A stretch of 64,000 nucleotides of DNA, from assembly GCF_006345805.1 (NCBI RefSeq), contig NC_042999.1, positions 19,902,001-19,966,000 of the forward strand, in the 5' to 3' direction. Position numbers and translations under genes: made by a program. The notes under the pieces were generated by a model. The model did not search any database. It saw nothing but the letters and a program-made list of their open reading frames with translations, and had not been told where the DNA came from. Positions 52,336-63,410 of this stretch are shown in pieces (positions within the stretch are counted from its first letter, which is position 1; the number at the start of each line of letters is the position of its first letter). The DNA is from Octopus sinensis. Its lineage: Eukaryota.

Positions 52336-52733
52336 CTAGCAGTATCGCCCAGCGTTGCTCGGGTTTGTAAGGGAAATAACTATATAAGCATTTTTAGAGA
52401 TGTAAAGTATAATAGCCATCTCAATATGGCTAACCACAAAGGGGGGGTGTTACTGTAGCTTTTTACGTTCTGAGATCTTATGATAAATTTTTAGAGAGTT
52501 ACTTCCCTTATATATGCCAAAAATGCATTAAAAATGGGAAAAATTGATGGTAATTTTTTTTTAAATCGTAGACTCATCGTAGACGCGCGCTAATACCCAG
52601 AAAGGCTGGATATGAATCATGACTATAAGATACCCGGTTTTGGTTAAACTGCACTGCAAAATGTGGGAGTAATTAGGAATCTAAATCGTAGGAGACAGAC
52701 AGCACACAACCTCACTTTTATATATAAAGAAGA
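52336..52733 (-). mobile_element. Non-autonomous Helitron, second subfamily
   Basis: Same termini as 21355-21743 (TCTTTATATATAAAAG ... CCCGAGCAACGCTGGG hairpin, CTAG|T) with a different interior. Confidence 0.75.
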
Positions 52734-54301
52734 ATGTAAAATTATATTGCTATTTATGTATTTTATCTTAGAAATAGGTTGATTTTTCTACCGATATACA
52801 AATAGATTGATGTAATGAATTTAATGAAAATTAATTTAGATAAAAATATTAGCAAATTTTGTTGTTATTGATATTTTAATAGTTGGATTTATGTTTACAA
52901 TTAACATATTTAAAATTATATAAAAAAGAAATACATGTATTTTCACATTACAAATAGCATGAGATATTCTTCTAATATAGTTTTATACAAAATTTCTGAA
53001 ACACATTTTAGTCATTTTTAGTAATATTTCCTTGCTACATCGGTTATAAACTAGAAACTTTATTTCTCAAATCTGAATGCTTCCCTACGTAATTCTATAA
53101 ATGGTTAGAATCTTTACAATCACATTCTTATTAAACTCACCTTATACTAAGATTTTCTCCCAAATTTAACCCAAAGCATAACTAATATTTCTTCATATTT
53201 CTTCTCATTAAATGCATGCTGAACAAAACTTTCGCCCTTACTGTTTCCTTGTTATTTTTTTCATCAGTGATCAGCGATTACAAGGGTCGTTCACTTGTCT
53301 TATATCCCTAATTTATATATGTAAGATAAACATGGAATTTATCCACATTTTGGAAAGGTTTACTTGGCAAAACTTCAAATGTTGTAATCGTCTTCAAAAA
53401 TAAACAGTCAACACTCCATCAAGACATGTGGCAATATCCAATTTTGTATTTGTATCTGGAGATAAAATATCTACGAATTTGCCTATGTGTGTATGTGTGT
53501 GTGTGTGTGTGTGTGTGAGTGTTTACATACATATATAAATACACACATACATAAATACATATGTGTTTGCACATAAAAGTGTTTGGGGCATACGGCCAAG
53601 CTTAAAAATTTCAAATGACCTAAATATTGGAACGCTAAATATTTGAGAAACTAAATAATCAGAACATTAGATTTTGAAATAAATTGAAGGAAAATAAAGA
53701 AAGTAGTCTTTGAAATATTTAGTTTACTTTTTATTATGATACATCAATATAACCATTTAAGGGTAAATAAGAATGGAAGTAGCCCTAAAAAACATACTGT
53801 TTTAAGATGAAGTTTATTTGAAACACATGCAACATTTAAGTTCGATATTTTCTGTCGAAATGGCAGAATCGTCAGTGTATCAGAAAAAATAATTAGTGAC
53901 ATATTTCCAGCTCCTTGTTTTCTGAGTTCAAATCCTGCCAAGATCAATTTTGCTTTTCCTCGTCTTGAGGTTGATATAATATAATATAATATAATAAAAT
54001 ATCCGAACTTGTGCATTTGCTGTGAACAGGAATTTATCTTCTCTCTTCGCTCCTTTGCACCACATGAGCTCAGCACCCTTCTTCTCTTCATCTAACTCTC
54101 CTTCTCTCCTCTCTTCCTGTGACGCCTACTTCCTCTCTTCACTCGTACCAGCCTTCTTCCTTCATTGATACCACACATCCCACCCATACCCCACACCTCC
54201 ACCCCCACATTCCTGACCCACCCACATCCCCTCACCCACCCCTACTCTCTATATATACCAATAGAGAAATAGGTCTGGAAATACCTGAACACCGAGCTGG
54301 C

Positions 54302-54351
54302 TTAACTGATGATGGCAACGGAAATTGCTGAAACTGATGCATCAGTCTTAA
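54302..54351 (+). ncRNA. Type I hammerhead ribozyme with canonical core, at the end of a pyrimidine-rich Penelope-like segment (about 54085-54351)
   Basis: TTAA-CTGATGA-T-GGCAA(CGGAAA)TTGCT-GAAA-CTGATGCATCAG-TC-TTAA. Stem III is the perfect palindrome ACTGATGCATCAGT; GUC triplet at 54345-54347; 4-bp stem I. Confidence 0.85.
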
Positions 54352-54553
54352 AAACTCTTGGCTGACATTTTTCAAACCATTATCATTCCACTTATTATAT
54401 GTTTCCATTCATGTGCATTAACTACAGCATTAGAGCATTTTAGCTCTTATTTCTAGCAATGTTGGTGTTTTTTAACACCTTAGTCACATTCAGTGACTAT
54501 TATAATTCTCTTTGTATGTTTGTATGTATGTATGCACACTCGCGTGCATGCAC

Positions 54554-54585
<32 letters not shown>

Positions 54586-54764
54586 ATCTATGTGTATGTA
54601 TATAAGCAGAGAGAAAGATTAATGGATGGATGAATGATTAAATGAAGGAAAAGCTGGTCTCTGGAATCAGAACCTTGTGGTGTTGACAAGTGTCTGCAAC
54701 AATTGGAGAGGCACAGCAGTAGAGAAGGCCAGTGCAAACCATGTAAACACAGGAAAAAGTGTGT

Positions 54765-55175
54765 CATCATCATCATTTAACGTCCGCTTTCCATGCTAGC
54801 ATGGGCTGGACAATTTGACTGAGGGCTGGCAAACCAGATGGCTGCACCAGGCTTCAATCTAGATCTGGCAGAGTTTCTACAGCTGGATGCCCTTCCTAAT
54901 GCCAACCACTCCAAGAGTGTAGTGGGTGCTTTTTACGTGCCACCGGCACGAGGGCCAGTCTGGCAGTACTGGCAATGGCCACACTTGAAATGGTGTCTTT
55001 ACGTGCCACCTGGACAGGAGTCAGTCCAGCGGCACTGGCAAAGACCTCACTCAAATGTTTTGTTCACGTGCCACCAGCACAGGTGCCAGTAAGGTGACGC
55101 TTGTAATGATCATGCTCGAATGGTGCTTTTTATGTGCCACCGGCACAGAAGCCAGTTAGCTGCTCTGGCAGTGAC
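54765..55175 (-). mobile_element. Family E retroelement tail with about four internal repeats
   Basis: catcatcatttaacgtccgctttccatgctagc..repeat units. Confidence 0.87.
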
Positions 55176-55619
55176 TGTGTAGATATAATAATGATAAATA
55201 TATGCACATACAGATATTCCTTTATACATTTGTATCTGTGCTTATGTAGAAAGAAGAAATATGGATTTAACTTGGTGCTTTTTATATTTGTCAGCATGTA
55301 GCATCTAAATGTCTTTTTTCATGTTTAATTATCTGTGTTTTAAGCTGAGAGTTTGCCAATACTCATAGTGAATAGACAGTGGATCTTTTTGACATGATGC
55401 GAGAGTGATGGGCAGAATGCAGACAAGAAGCTAAAATGACTGATGTTGATGTATTATTTATATGGAAATATTCGATATTTTTACAATGTTTTTCATTAAA
55501 AACATTCTTGTGAATGTATTTCTTCATGAAACAAAAAAATCGAACATTCTGAAAATAATGCTTATACTCTAAGGCCATTATACTTGTTAAGATATATAAG
55601 ATAAATGTATAACATATAT

Positions 55620-55667
<48 letters not shown>

Positions 55668-55951
55668 ACAATTGAGGGTAAAATTAATTAATTAATCAAT
55701 TTCACCAAGTGTTCAGTATGTAAAAGGACCATTTAAGGCGAATTCAAAATATTACATTATATAATTAGGGCTTAGTAAAATAAATTACTTTGCCACATAC
55801 TGAACTTAGTAGAAATAGCAGCAAAAAAAAAAAAAAAATTTTCTTAGCATTTCTACTACTTAAAGAAAATTTCTCTCAGATAATGTTTACTCCAGACAGC
55901 TCACAAAGGTTTGGAGGTAAATACAGAAAAATATCACAAGTACATAGATCG

Positions 55952-56014
55952 TTTGAGTACGTCAACGTTTCAAGATTAGCCAAATAAAATCAGCATTTCT
56001 TTCGTCAGCTCAAA
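55952..56014 (-). ncRNA. Type I hammerhead ribozyme with canonical core
   Basis: Minus strand TTTGAG-CTGACGA-[AAGA AAT GCTGA TTTTAT TTGGC TAA TCTT]-GAAA-CGT-TG-ACG-TA-CTCAAA: 6-bp stem I, stem II with an internal loop, ACGT/ACGT stem III, GUA triplet. Confidence 0.85.
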
Positions 56015-56039
56015 ATTTCTTAATTTGGATTTGTAGAGG

Positions 56040-56075
<36 letters not shown>

Positions 56076-56081
<6 letters not shown>

Positions 56082-56396
56082 CCAGCGTTGCCTTGACTGG
56101 CTTCTGTGCCGGTGGCACATAAAAAGCACCGTCTGAACGTGGCCAATGCCAGCGCCGCCTCGACTGGCTTCCATGCCGGTGGCACGTTAAAAGCACCAAC
56201 CGATCGTGGCCGATGCCAGATCCCCCCTGGCACCTGTGCAGGTGGCACGTAAAAAGCACCCACTACACTCGTGGAGTGGTTTGCGAGATCAGACTGGAAC
56301 CTGGTGTAGCCCCTGGCTTCCCAGACCCCGGTCAAACCGTCCAACCCGTGCTAGCGCGGAAAACGGAGGTTAAACGATAATGATGATGATGATGAT
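56076..56396 (+). mobile_element. Family E retroelement tail with a short internal deletion
   Basis: Three gtggcac..aaaagcacc units, ending gttaaac(gat)n. Confidence 0.87.
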
Positions 56397-57050
56397 ATAT
56401 ATATATATATATATACACACCCTCTTTGCTTAAAATAACTCTACAGTCACTGACCCTTACTAGGACTGACACACACAAGCAATTACTACCAAATTTCCTC
56501 CCCCAAAACCTTAGACTTTGAAGGTACCAGACATCTACTACTTTCTTTAAATTTTTTTCATTTCACCCTATTTTCTTACCCTATCTTCCCCTAACTCCTC
56601 ATGCTCTCTCTTTTCTTCTCGGCTACCCTGTACAAAATTCTTAGACACCATACACCTATATACCTTACTTTATTCTATAGCCAATCCTTAAAATCCCTCC
56701 TACTTCACTATATCCACCTCTCTTCCTATTTTTTTCTTTTCTTTACGTTTACCGATTTATAGCCATCTCCACTACTGTTCTGTTATTGAACGTTGATATG
56801 TTCACATCTTTTTCTTGGGATGTCCACTCTATCAGGACTTATATAGATATACGCAGGATAGTATATAGATATATGCAGGATTGCACCTAAAGACTTACAC
56901 TCATGGATCTACACAGGATTGCACCTCAGTACTCATGCTTTGGTTTCCATAAATGCATAAAGTTGAACTATGACCATTTATGCTTCTTTTTCCTTCTTTC
57001 CTGCAATGTTGTCATCTCATTAATATATACCATTTTCATTTTACATATTT

Positions 57051-57106
57051 GTCTCTGATGATGGAATATCCAATACTTGAGAATATCCCAGAAACAGCTA
57101 TAAGAT
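57051..57106 (+). ncRNA. Type I hammerhead ribozyme, slightly degenerate, at the end of a pyrimidine-rich segment (about 56415-57106)
   Basis: GTCT-CTGATGA-TGGAATAT(13-nt loop)ATATCCCA-GAAA-CAGCTA-TA-AGAT. Stem III is one substitution away from the palindrome ACAGCTGT. Confidence 0.65.
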
Positions 57107-57579
57107 TTTGAATTTCTTCTTGTAATGACATTGCATGACATGAGATGTTTGCCTTGCCTTAAATTTTGACGTCCTGTTTAACAATTATATATTCGCTACA
57201 TCGGAAATCTACAATGGCTCCATAACTAATATCTTGGCTATAACCTTGGAGGCTCAGTAATCTGCTACACCACTTACCTAGTGTACCTAATCATTTAGAT
57301 CACCTCTGAACTAAACCCCCATACTTTGTACATACATACATACATACATACATACATACATACATACATACATACATACATACACATATATATATATATT
57401 TTCATTTTATTTCATTTTATCTAGTTTCAGCTCACGAGCTGTGGCCATGCTGGGGCACTGCCATTTGGTGTTGCTACATGATTTTACTTCACGAATGCTT
57501 TTTAGCCATTGACATTTGGTGCATGAGTGAGTTTGATGCAGCTGCCCACATCTGCACCCCTGCTGTGAAGTTGGTTCAT

Positions 57580-57640
57580 ATGTATATATATATATGTATG
57601 TATATATATACTTACAAGCATGCATGCATATATATATATA

Positions 57641-57703
<63 letters not shown>

Positions 57704-57726
57704 GTATGTATTTATATATATACATT

Positions 57727-57800
<74 letters not shown>
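57580..57800. repeat. (TA)n microsatellite field
   Basis: Read directly from the sequence. Confidence 0.95.
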
Positions 57801-57801
<1 letters not shown>

Positions 57802-58609
57802 TGTGTGTGTGTGTCTGTGTCTGTGAGTGTGTATACATATATGTATGTATGTATGAATGCATGTATGTATCAGTGTTCAGTTTTATTTCTTGTCAGTAGC
57901 GAAAGAGCTGGTTTCTAACCTAGATTCAAGGCTCCTTCATTGGAATTTCAGCATCAACAACAGGATATTTTCGTTTGTATGTATGTATGTATGTATGTAT
58001 GTATGTATGCATATGTATATAAGTAAATATATGTATATATCTATGTATATGCTATGTATATATGAGCTTATGTAAACCCATTGAAAAAAGCATCTTACCT
58101 ATTTCTAGCAATTACCAATTTTCTCTATATATGTATCTGCTTGTCTGTCTACTTATCTATCTATCTATCTATCTATCTCTTTATCTTCCTATCTATCTTT
58201 GTGTGTTTGTGTATACATATATGTGTATATATATTTATATATGTGTATATTTTTTTTCTCTAGTTTCAGCACATTTATCTATATCAATCTATGTATTAGT
58301 CAGCATATTCTCAAAATATTTCTTGGCACATAATTGTATTTGTATTGATCAGAGAATTACAGATATTTATGTTTGCGAACACTTACATGAGGGGATGTTT
58401 AACTATTTCTTATGCATCTTTGGAAACACATGCACACACATGCACACACATGCACTTGCACATGCACACAAGCACATGCAGTTACACTCATATACTTCGT
58501 TACTTATCTACCCTGCATAAATTCATCCAATCAAATGCAGCTGAACATATATACAAAACAGCAAATGCATGTGAGCCTATTAAAAGACTGTCTGTTTATA
58601 TACATGTAT

Positions 58610-58672
58610 AAATATGCATATATATATGTGTGTGTATCTATATGTATATCTATATATATATACATATATATA

Positions 58673-58716
<44 letters not shown>

Positions 58717-58731
58717 ATATATGTATATATT

Positions 58732-58803
<72 letters not shown>

Positions 58804-58958
58804 GTATATATATATGTATATATATATGTATATATATATATATACACACACATATATATATATGTACATATATATATGTACATATATATGTATGTATATA
58901 TATATATATATGAATATATATATATACACATACATATGTATGTTTGCATATATATATA

Positions 58959-59008
<50 letters not shown>

Positions 59009-59105
59009 TATATATATGCATATATAACTATACAAACATATATACATATACATATGAATATGTATACACACACGCATATATCTATTTATGTATGTATATA
59101 TATAT
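58610..59105. repeat. About 500-bp interrupted (TA)n/(CA)n/(TG)n field
   Basis: Read directly from the sequence. Confidence 0.95.
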
Positions 59106-60831
59106 GTTTCTGTTGTTAAAGCTAAAACTCAAAAGAAACTGTGGTACTTAGTTCAACAAACATCATTGAATATAAATTTCCCTAAGTAGTGTATGATTTC
59201 TCTTTATACCAAGCATTCCCGAAAGATTAAAAAGCAGAAAAAAAAAATGATGCTGTTGAACCAGATTCTGTTAATCAGCCTAATACAATTTCCTGTGCCA
59301 TTTCGATTTTACTTTCTTTAAGAAATAATATATATATACTTGATAGTATGAAATCAATTGCTATCATTTTAAAGCAGGTGCTCAAATGAGAGATCACTGT
59401 GGCCTTACTAGTTGGATCAATCTTTTGCAACTAGGTTACCAGTTAGCTCAATAGCTAGCCTGCTCTGGATAAGATGGAATATGTTTGGTTTAAAGTGGAA
59501 TATAATATAAACTCATGAAATGTGTGTTTGTGGGGTTGTTTACAGTAACAGTACACACTTGTCAGGAATATGTTGCACTATTTTGAGTGAGATATACATG
59601 CAGCTCTTTGATTAGCTTTTTATTACTGGTACCTGTTCTGAAGTAAAACAGTGGGGCTCTATGTGGGTACTTTACTCTCTGATAGGCCTATAGTAGAGCC
59701 TGTGTTGGTGAAGACCTCCAGTATTTTTGGCCCCCGAACCGGATCCCTGCTTACAACTATTGGGGTGGAGATGGTTGTCTGCAAGTACAAGCCCTGTGAG
59801 TTAGATTCTCATTCTAGCACATCTTGCTCATCCTCTTCTGGGGCAACACCTTTACCATTTTCTCTGCTGGAGCCATGAGAAACATTTATATAATTTGAGA
59901 AGCAACGTTTTTCAAAATTATTTCAAATGAAGTAAAATAAAGCAAGGGCAGTGAGAACATAACCATAAACCCCTAACATATTCCTTGTATTAAATCCCTT
60001 TCAGGTCGTTTATATGTTTCAGGCACAAATCCAATTTTGAGGCAAGGGGTTAGTCATTACTTGACTATTATCTTATTAAACTTGTAGAGATGAAAGGCAA
60101 AGATGACTCTGGCAGGGTTTGAACTCTGAGCATTATAAACTAGGAAAACATCATGAAATGTTTATTCTGGTATTCTAATGATTCTTCGAATTTGCCCCAA
60201 ACTATTTTTTTTTTTTTCTCTCTAGTTTCAGCTTAGAGCTGCGGCCATGCTGATGCACCGCCGTTTTGTGCTACACTGTTATTGCGACGAACCTCGTCTA
60301 ATATGTGGCACTTGGTGAAGAATGGAGTTTGATACAGCTGCTCTCATTTGCACCTCTTGCCGTGAGGTAGGTTCATCTGGGACTCTCGACAGGAAGATGT
60401 CCAGCTTTGATTTAAAAACCGCTACATCTACTTTGTGCAAGTTCCTCAGACTCTTTGGGAGAATATTAAAATAGAATATTAGTCATAATTTTTAATGACC
60501 CTAGATTCATGGAAATAAATTTTAAATATCTCTTTTCATATCATCATTCTTTTGCATCTTCTTTCCATATGAATGGCTTGTGACTGTTTGGGTCATTTCT
60601 CCCATGTTTTTGTAGAGGTGGTTCTCTTCTAGGTTATTTCAAACCCCGTAGTTTGCTTTAGAGTTACACATTTAGCTTGGTTGCTCAGTCTGAATGCTTC
60701 TCTTATCACCAGTCACTTTGCAGAAAGTAGAAATACAATCACATGGGCATATGGTGTACTGGTTAAGTGCACAAGCTACTAACTCCAAGATTCCAAGTTC
60801 AATTCCAAGCAGTAACCTGAAAATAATAATA

Positions 60832-60832
<1 letters not shown>

Positions 60833-60873
<41 letters not shown>

Positions 60874-60919
60874 GTGATGGTGATGGTGGTGGTGGTGGTG
60901 GTGGTGGTGGTGGTGGTGG

Positions 60920-60963
<44 letters not shown>
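60833..60963. repeat. Compound (GAT)n-(GGT)n-(GAT)n trinucleotide repeat
   Basis: Read directly from the sequence. Confidence 0.95.
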
Positions 60964-61110
60964 CACTACTAGGCACTGCACACATCCTATGCAGAACACT
61001 TTCCATACAATAACCATCAGAGCATCACAACAAATCACAGCACATACCCAAGGCACACAGAGCTGCGCTCGGTAGTGAAGTGAAAGCACGCTATAAAAAT
61101 AAATCTACTG
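60964..61110 (+). mobile_element. Very short 3' fragment of an R4/Dong-like (REL) non-LTR element
   Basis: Near-identical to 61459-61605; followed by (AAT)n. Confidence 0.8.
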
Positions 61111-61136
61111 AATAATAATGATAATAATAATAATAA

Positions 61137-61608
61137 AGAAACCATACTTTGGGATATGCCTATACACACAGATAGAAAAATTAAGGCCAATAGGCCAGAT
61201 ATAGTTGTCAGAGATCATGAAGAAAAAAAATGCTTTCTGATTGATGTATCAATACCAGCAGATGACAACTTGTCTCAAAAAGAAATGGAGAAACTTTCAA
61301 AATACAAAGACCTGGAAATAGAAGTAACTCAAACGTGGAATCTAAAAACCAAAATAATTCCTATCATAGGAGGCACATAAGGTATGATAAAAAATATTCA
61401 GAGAAATACATAACAAAAACACCAGGACTTACAAATATATATAATATACAGAAAATTTCACTACTAGGCACTGCACACATCCTATGCAAAACACTTTCAA
61501 TAGATTAACCATAAGAGCATCACAGCAAGCCACATCACATACCCAAGGCACGCAGAGCTGTGCTCAGTAGTGAAGTGAAAGCACGCTATAAAAATAAAAC
61601 TACTGAAT
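61137..61608 (+). pseudogene. 5'-truncated R4/Dong/NeSL-type retrotransposon: restriction-like endonuclease domain and 3' UTR
   Basis: ILWDMPIHTDRKIKANRPDIVVRDHEEKKCFLIDVSIPADDN...EKLSKYKDL...and a frameshifted QKISLLGTAHIL: PD..D/K REL motif and typical C-terminus. Confidence 0.88.
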
Positions 61609-61610
61609 CA

Positions 61611-61887
61611 TCATCATCATCATCGTTTAGCGTCCATTTACCATGCTAGCATGGGTTGGACGGTTCTACTGGGGTCTGTGAAGCCAGAAGGCTTCATCAG
61701 GCCCAGTCAAATCTGGCAGTGTTTCTACGGCTGGATGCCCTTCCTAACGCCAACCACTCCGTGAGTGTAGTGGGTGCTTTTTACGTGCCACCCGCACTGG
61801 TGCCAGACAGAGCTGGCAAACGGCCACGAACGGATGGTGCTTTTTATGTGCCACCGGCACGAGGGCCAGGCGAGGCTGGCAACGGAC
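61611..61887 (-). mobile_element. Family E tail inserted in the (AAT)n tract after the REL element
   Basis: Begins with (cat)n directly after actactgaat; (AAT)n resumes at about 61888. Confidence 0.85.
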
Positions 61888-61937
<50 letters not shown>

Positions 61938-62869
61938 TAACGTCGAAAAATACCTTAGGAATGAGAACCCATGTTCGAAATTTCCCCAAGACACCCGATA
62001 AAGGCTGGAAGGTATATTAGCCAAATCATTGTGTTAACTAAAAACAAGATGAGGACAAATATCTGTCAAATGTAAATAATGTAAATAATGTACTGTCCCC
62101 TTTTATCTTAATCTTTTTTGCACACATTTTTTCTTTGCGTACCAGTTGTAACACACGTGCACAGAGACAAAAGCTCATAGCTTAGAGTGAACATTAGTTC
62201 CTCTCACCTTGTAATCTGTCTCTTCCGTTAGCAAGCATTTGTACCTATGTCTTAAACCCATAAGTGTTGATTTACTCACATTCATAACTGAGTCTCTCTT
62301 AGTTTCATTATTCTTACTTGAACTAATATACTTTCAGTGGAATAAAATTACACCATTGCCTACTTTATTGCTTCGGTTTCCACTCCTAATCAATCACCAA
62401 AAATGTTGGTAATCAGCAATATACATTTTTTTTTCCTTCTTACATGTCAAAACCAGAACCCAGATAACAACATATCCTCAACTGACAACTTACATTTCCT
62501 TCCAGCTTTGATGGTATTGACAAGGTGGTATAAACAGGAAACCAAAAATAAAAAAAAAATAAAAAATGGTGTTTTAAAATGAAGAATGCATTACATTGAA
62601 ATATGCCCCACATCCATCTGGTGGAACAAAGGCAAGAAAAATAAAAGAAGTGTTTGACCTTGACATTTTCATAACAAATATGTATTGATAACCTTCTTGT
62701 TACATGGCGATGATTGGCTGTCATTTCTGATAGCATTTAACTTTAGCATTCTGATCATAGCACTCCATCAAAAATGCTTAGAACTTGTTATTTACATCAA
62801 GATAAAATGCTATCCATTTGCAAAGAAAGCAAACCTGTGATGCTCTTGCCACATTCTTTCAGAGACATT

Positions 62870-63165
62870 CATCATCATCATCATCATCATCCTCATCATA
62901 TAACGTCCATTTTCCATGCTGGCATGGGTTGGACGGTTTGGCTGGGGTCTGGGAAGCCAGGAGGCTGCACCAAGCTCCAATCTGATCTGGCAATGTTTCT
63001 ACAGCTGGATACTCTTCCTAACACCAACCACTCTGTGAGTGTAGTGGGTGCTTTTTACATGCCACCGGCACAGGGGCCAGGGGCGGCTGGCAACAGCCAG
63101 GATCGGTTGGTGCTTTTTACGTGCCACCGGCACTATCAAGTACAAGAGTACAAAACCTCACGGTA
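62870..63165 (-). mobile_element. Family E retroelement tail
   Basis: Collinear with the other family E copies. Confidence 0.85.
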
Positions 63166-63410
63166 GTCAGTCTTGTCCTTTACTCTTGCTTATTTTTTAC
63201 TCGCTTCAGTCATTGGACTGTGGCCATGCTGGGGCATTGCTTTGAAGGGTTTTGCTCCAACAGATTGATCTTAGTACTTCTTTTTAAAATTTGGTTCTTA
63301 TTCTGTCAGTCCCTTACGCCAAACTGCTAAGTCACAGGGACATAAACAAAACCAAACCCAGAAAATTACTATTTTTAAATCCCACAACATGAGATATTCA
63401 ACAACAGTAC

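Noticed and set aside
57478-59151. Long IY/YI-rich ORFs (also at 3596-4045, 9547-9901, 24740-25302, 39438-39635)
   Set aside because: Artefacts of (TA)n microsatellites, which lack stop codons.
60694-61089. Poly-Met/Val, poly-His and poly-Ser/Pro ORFs
   Set aside because: Translations of the (GAT)n(GGT)n repeat.
61680-61705. Minus-strand CTGATGA-AGCC-TTCT-GGCT
   Set aside because: Followed by TCAC instead of GAAA; a chance variant inside a family E tail.
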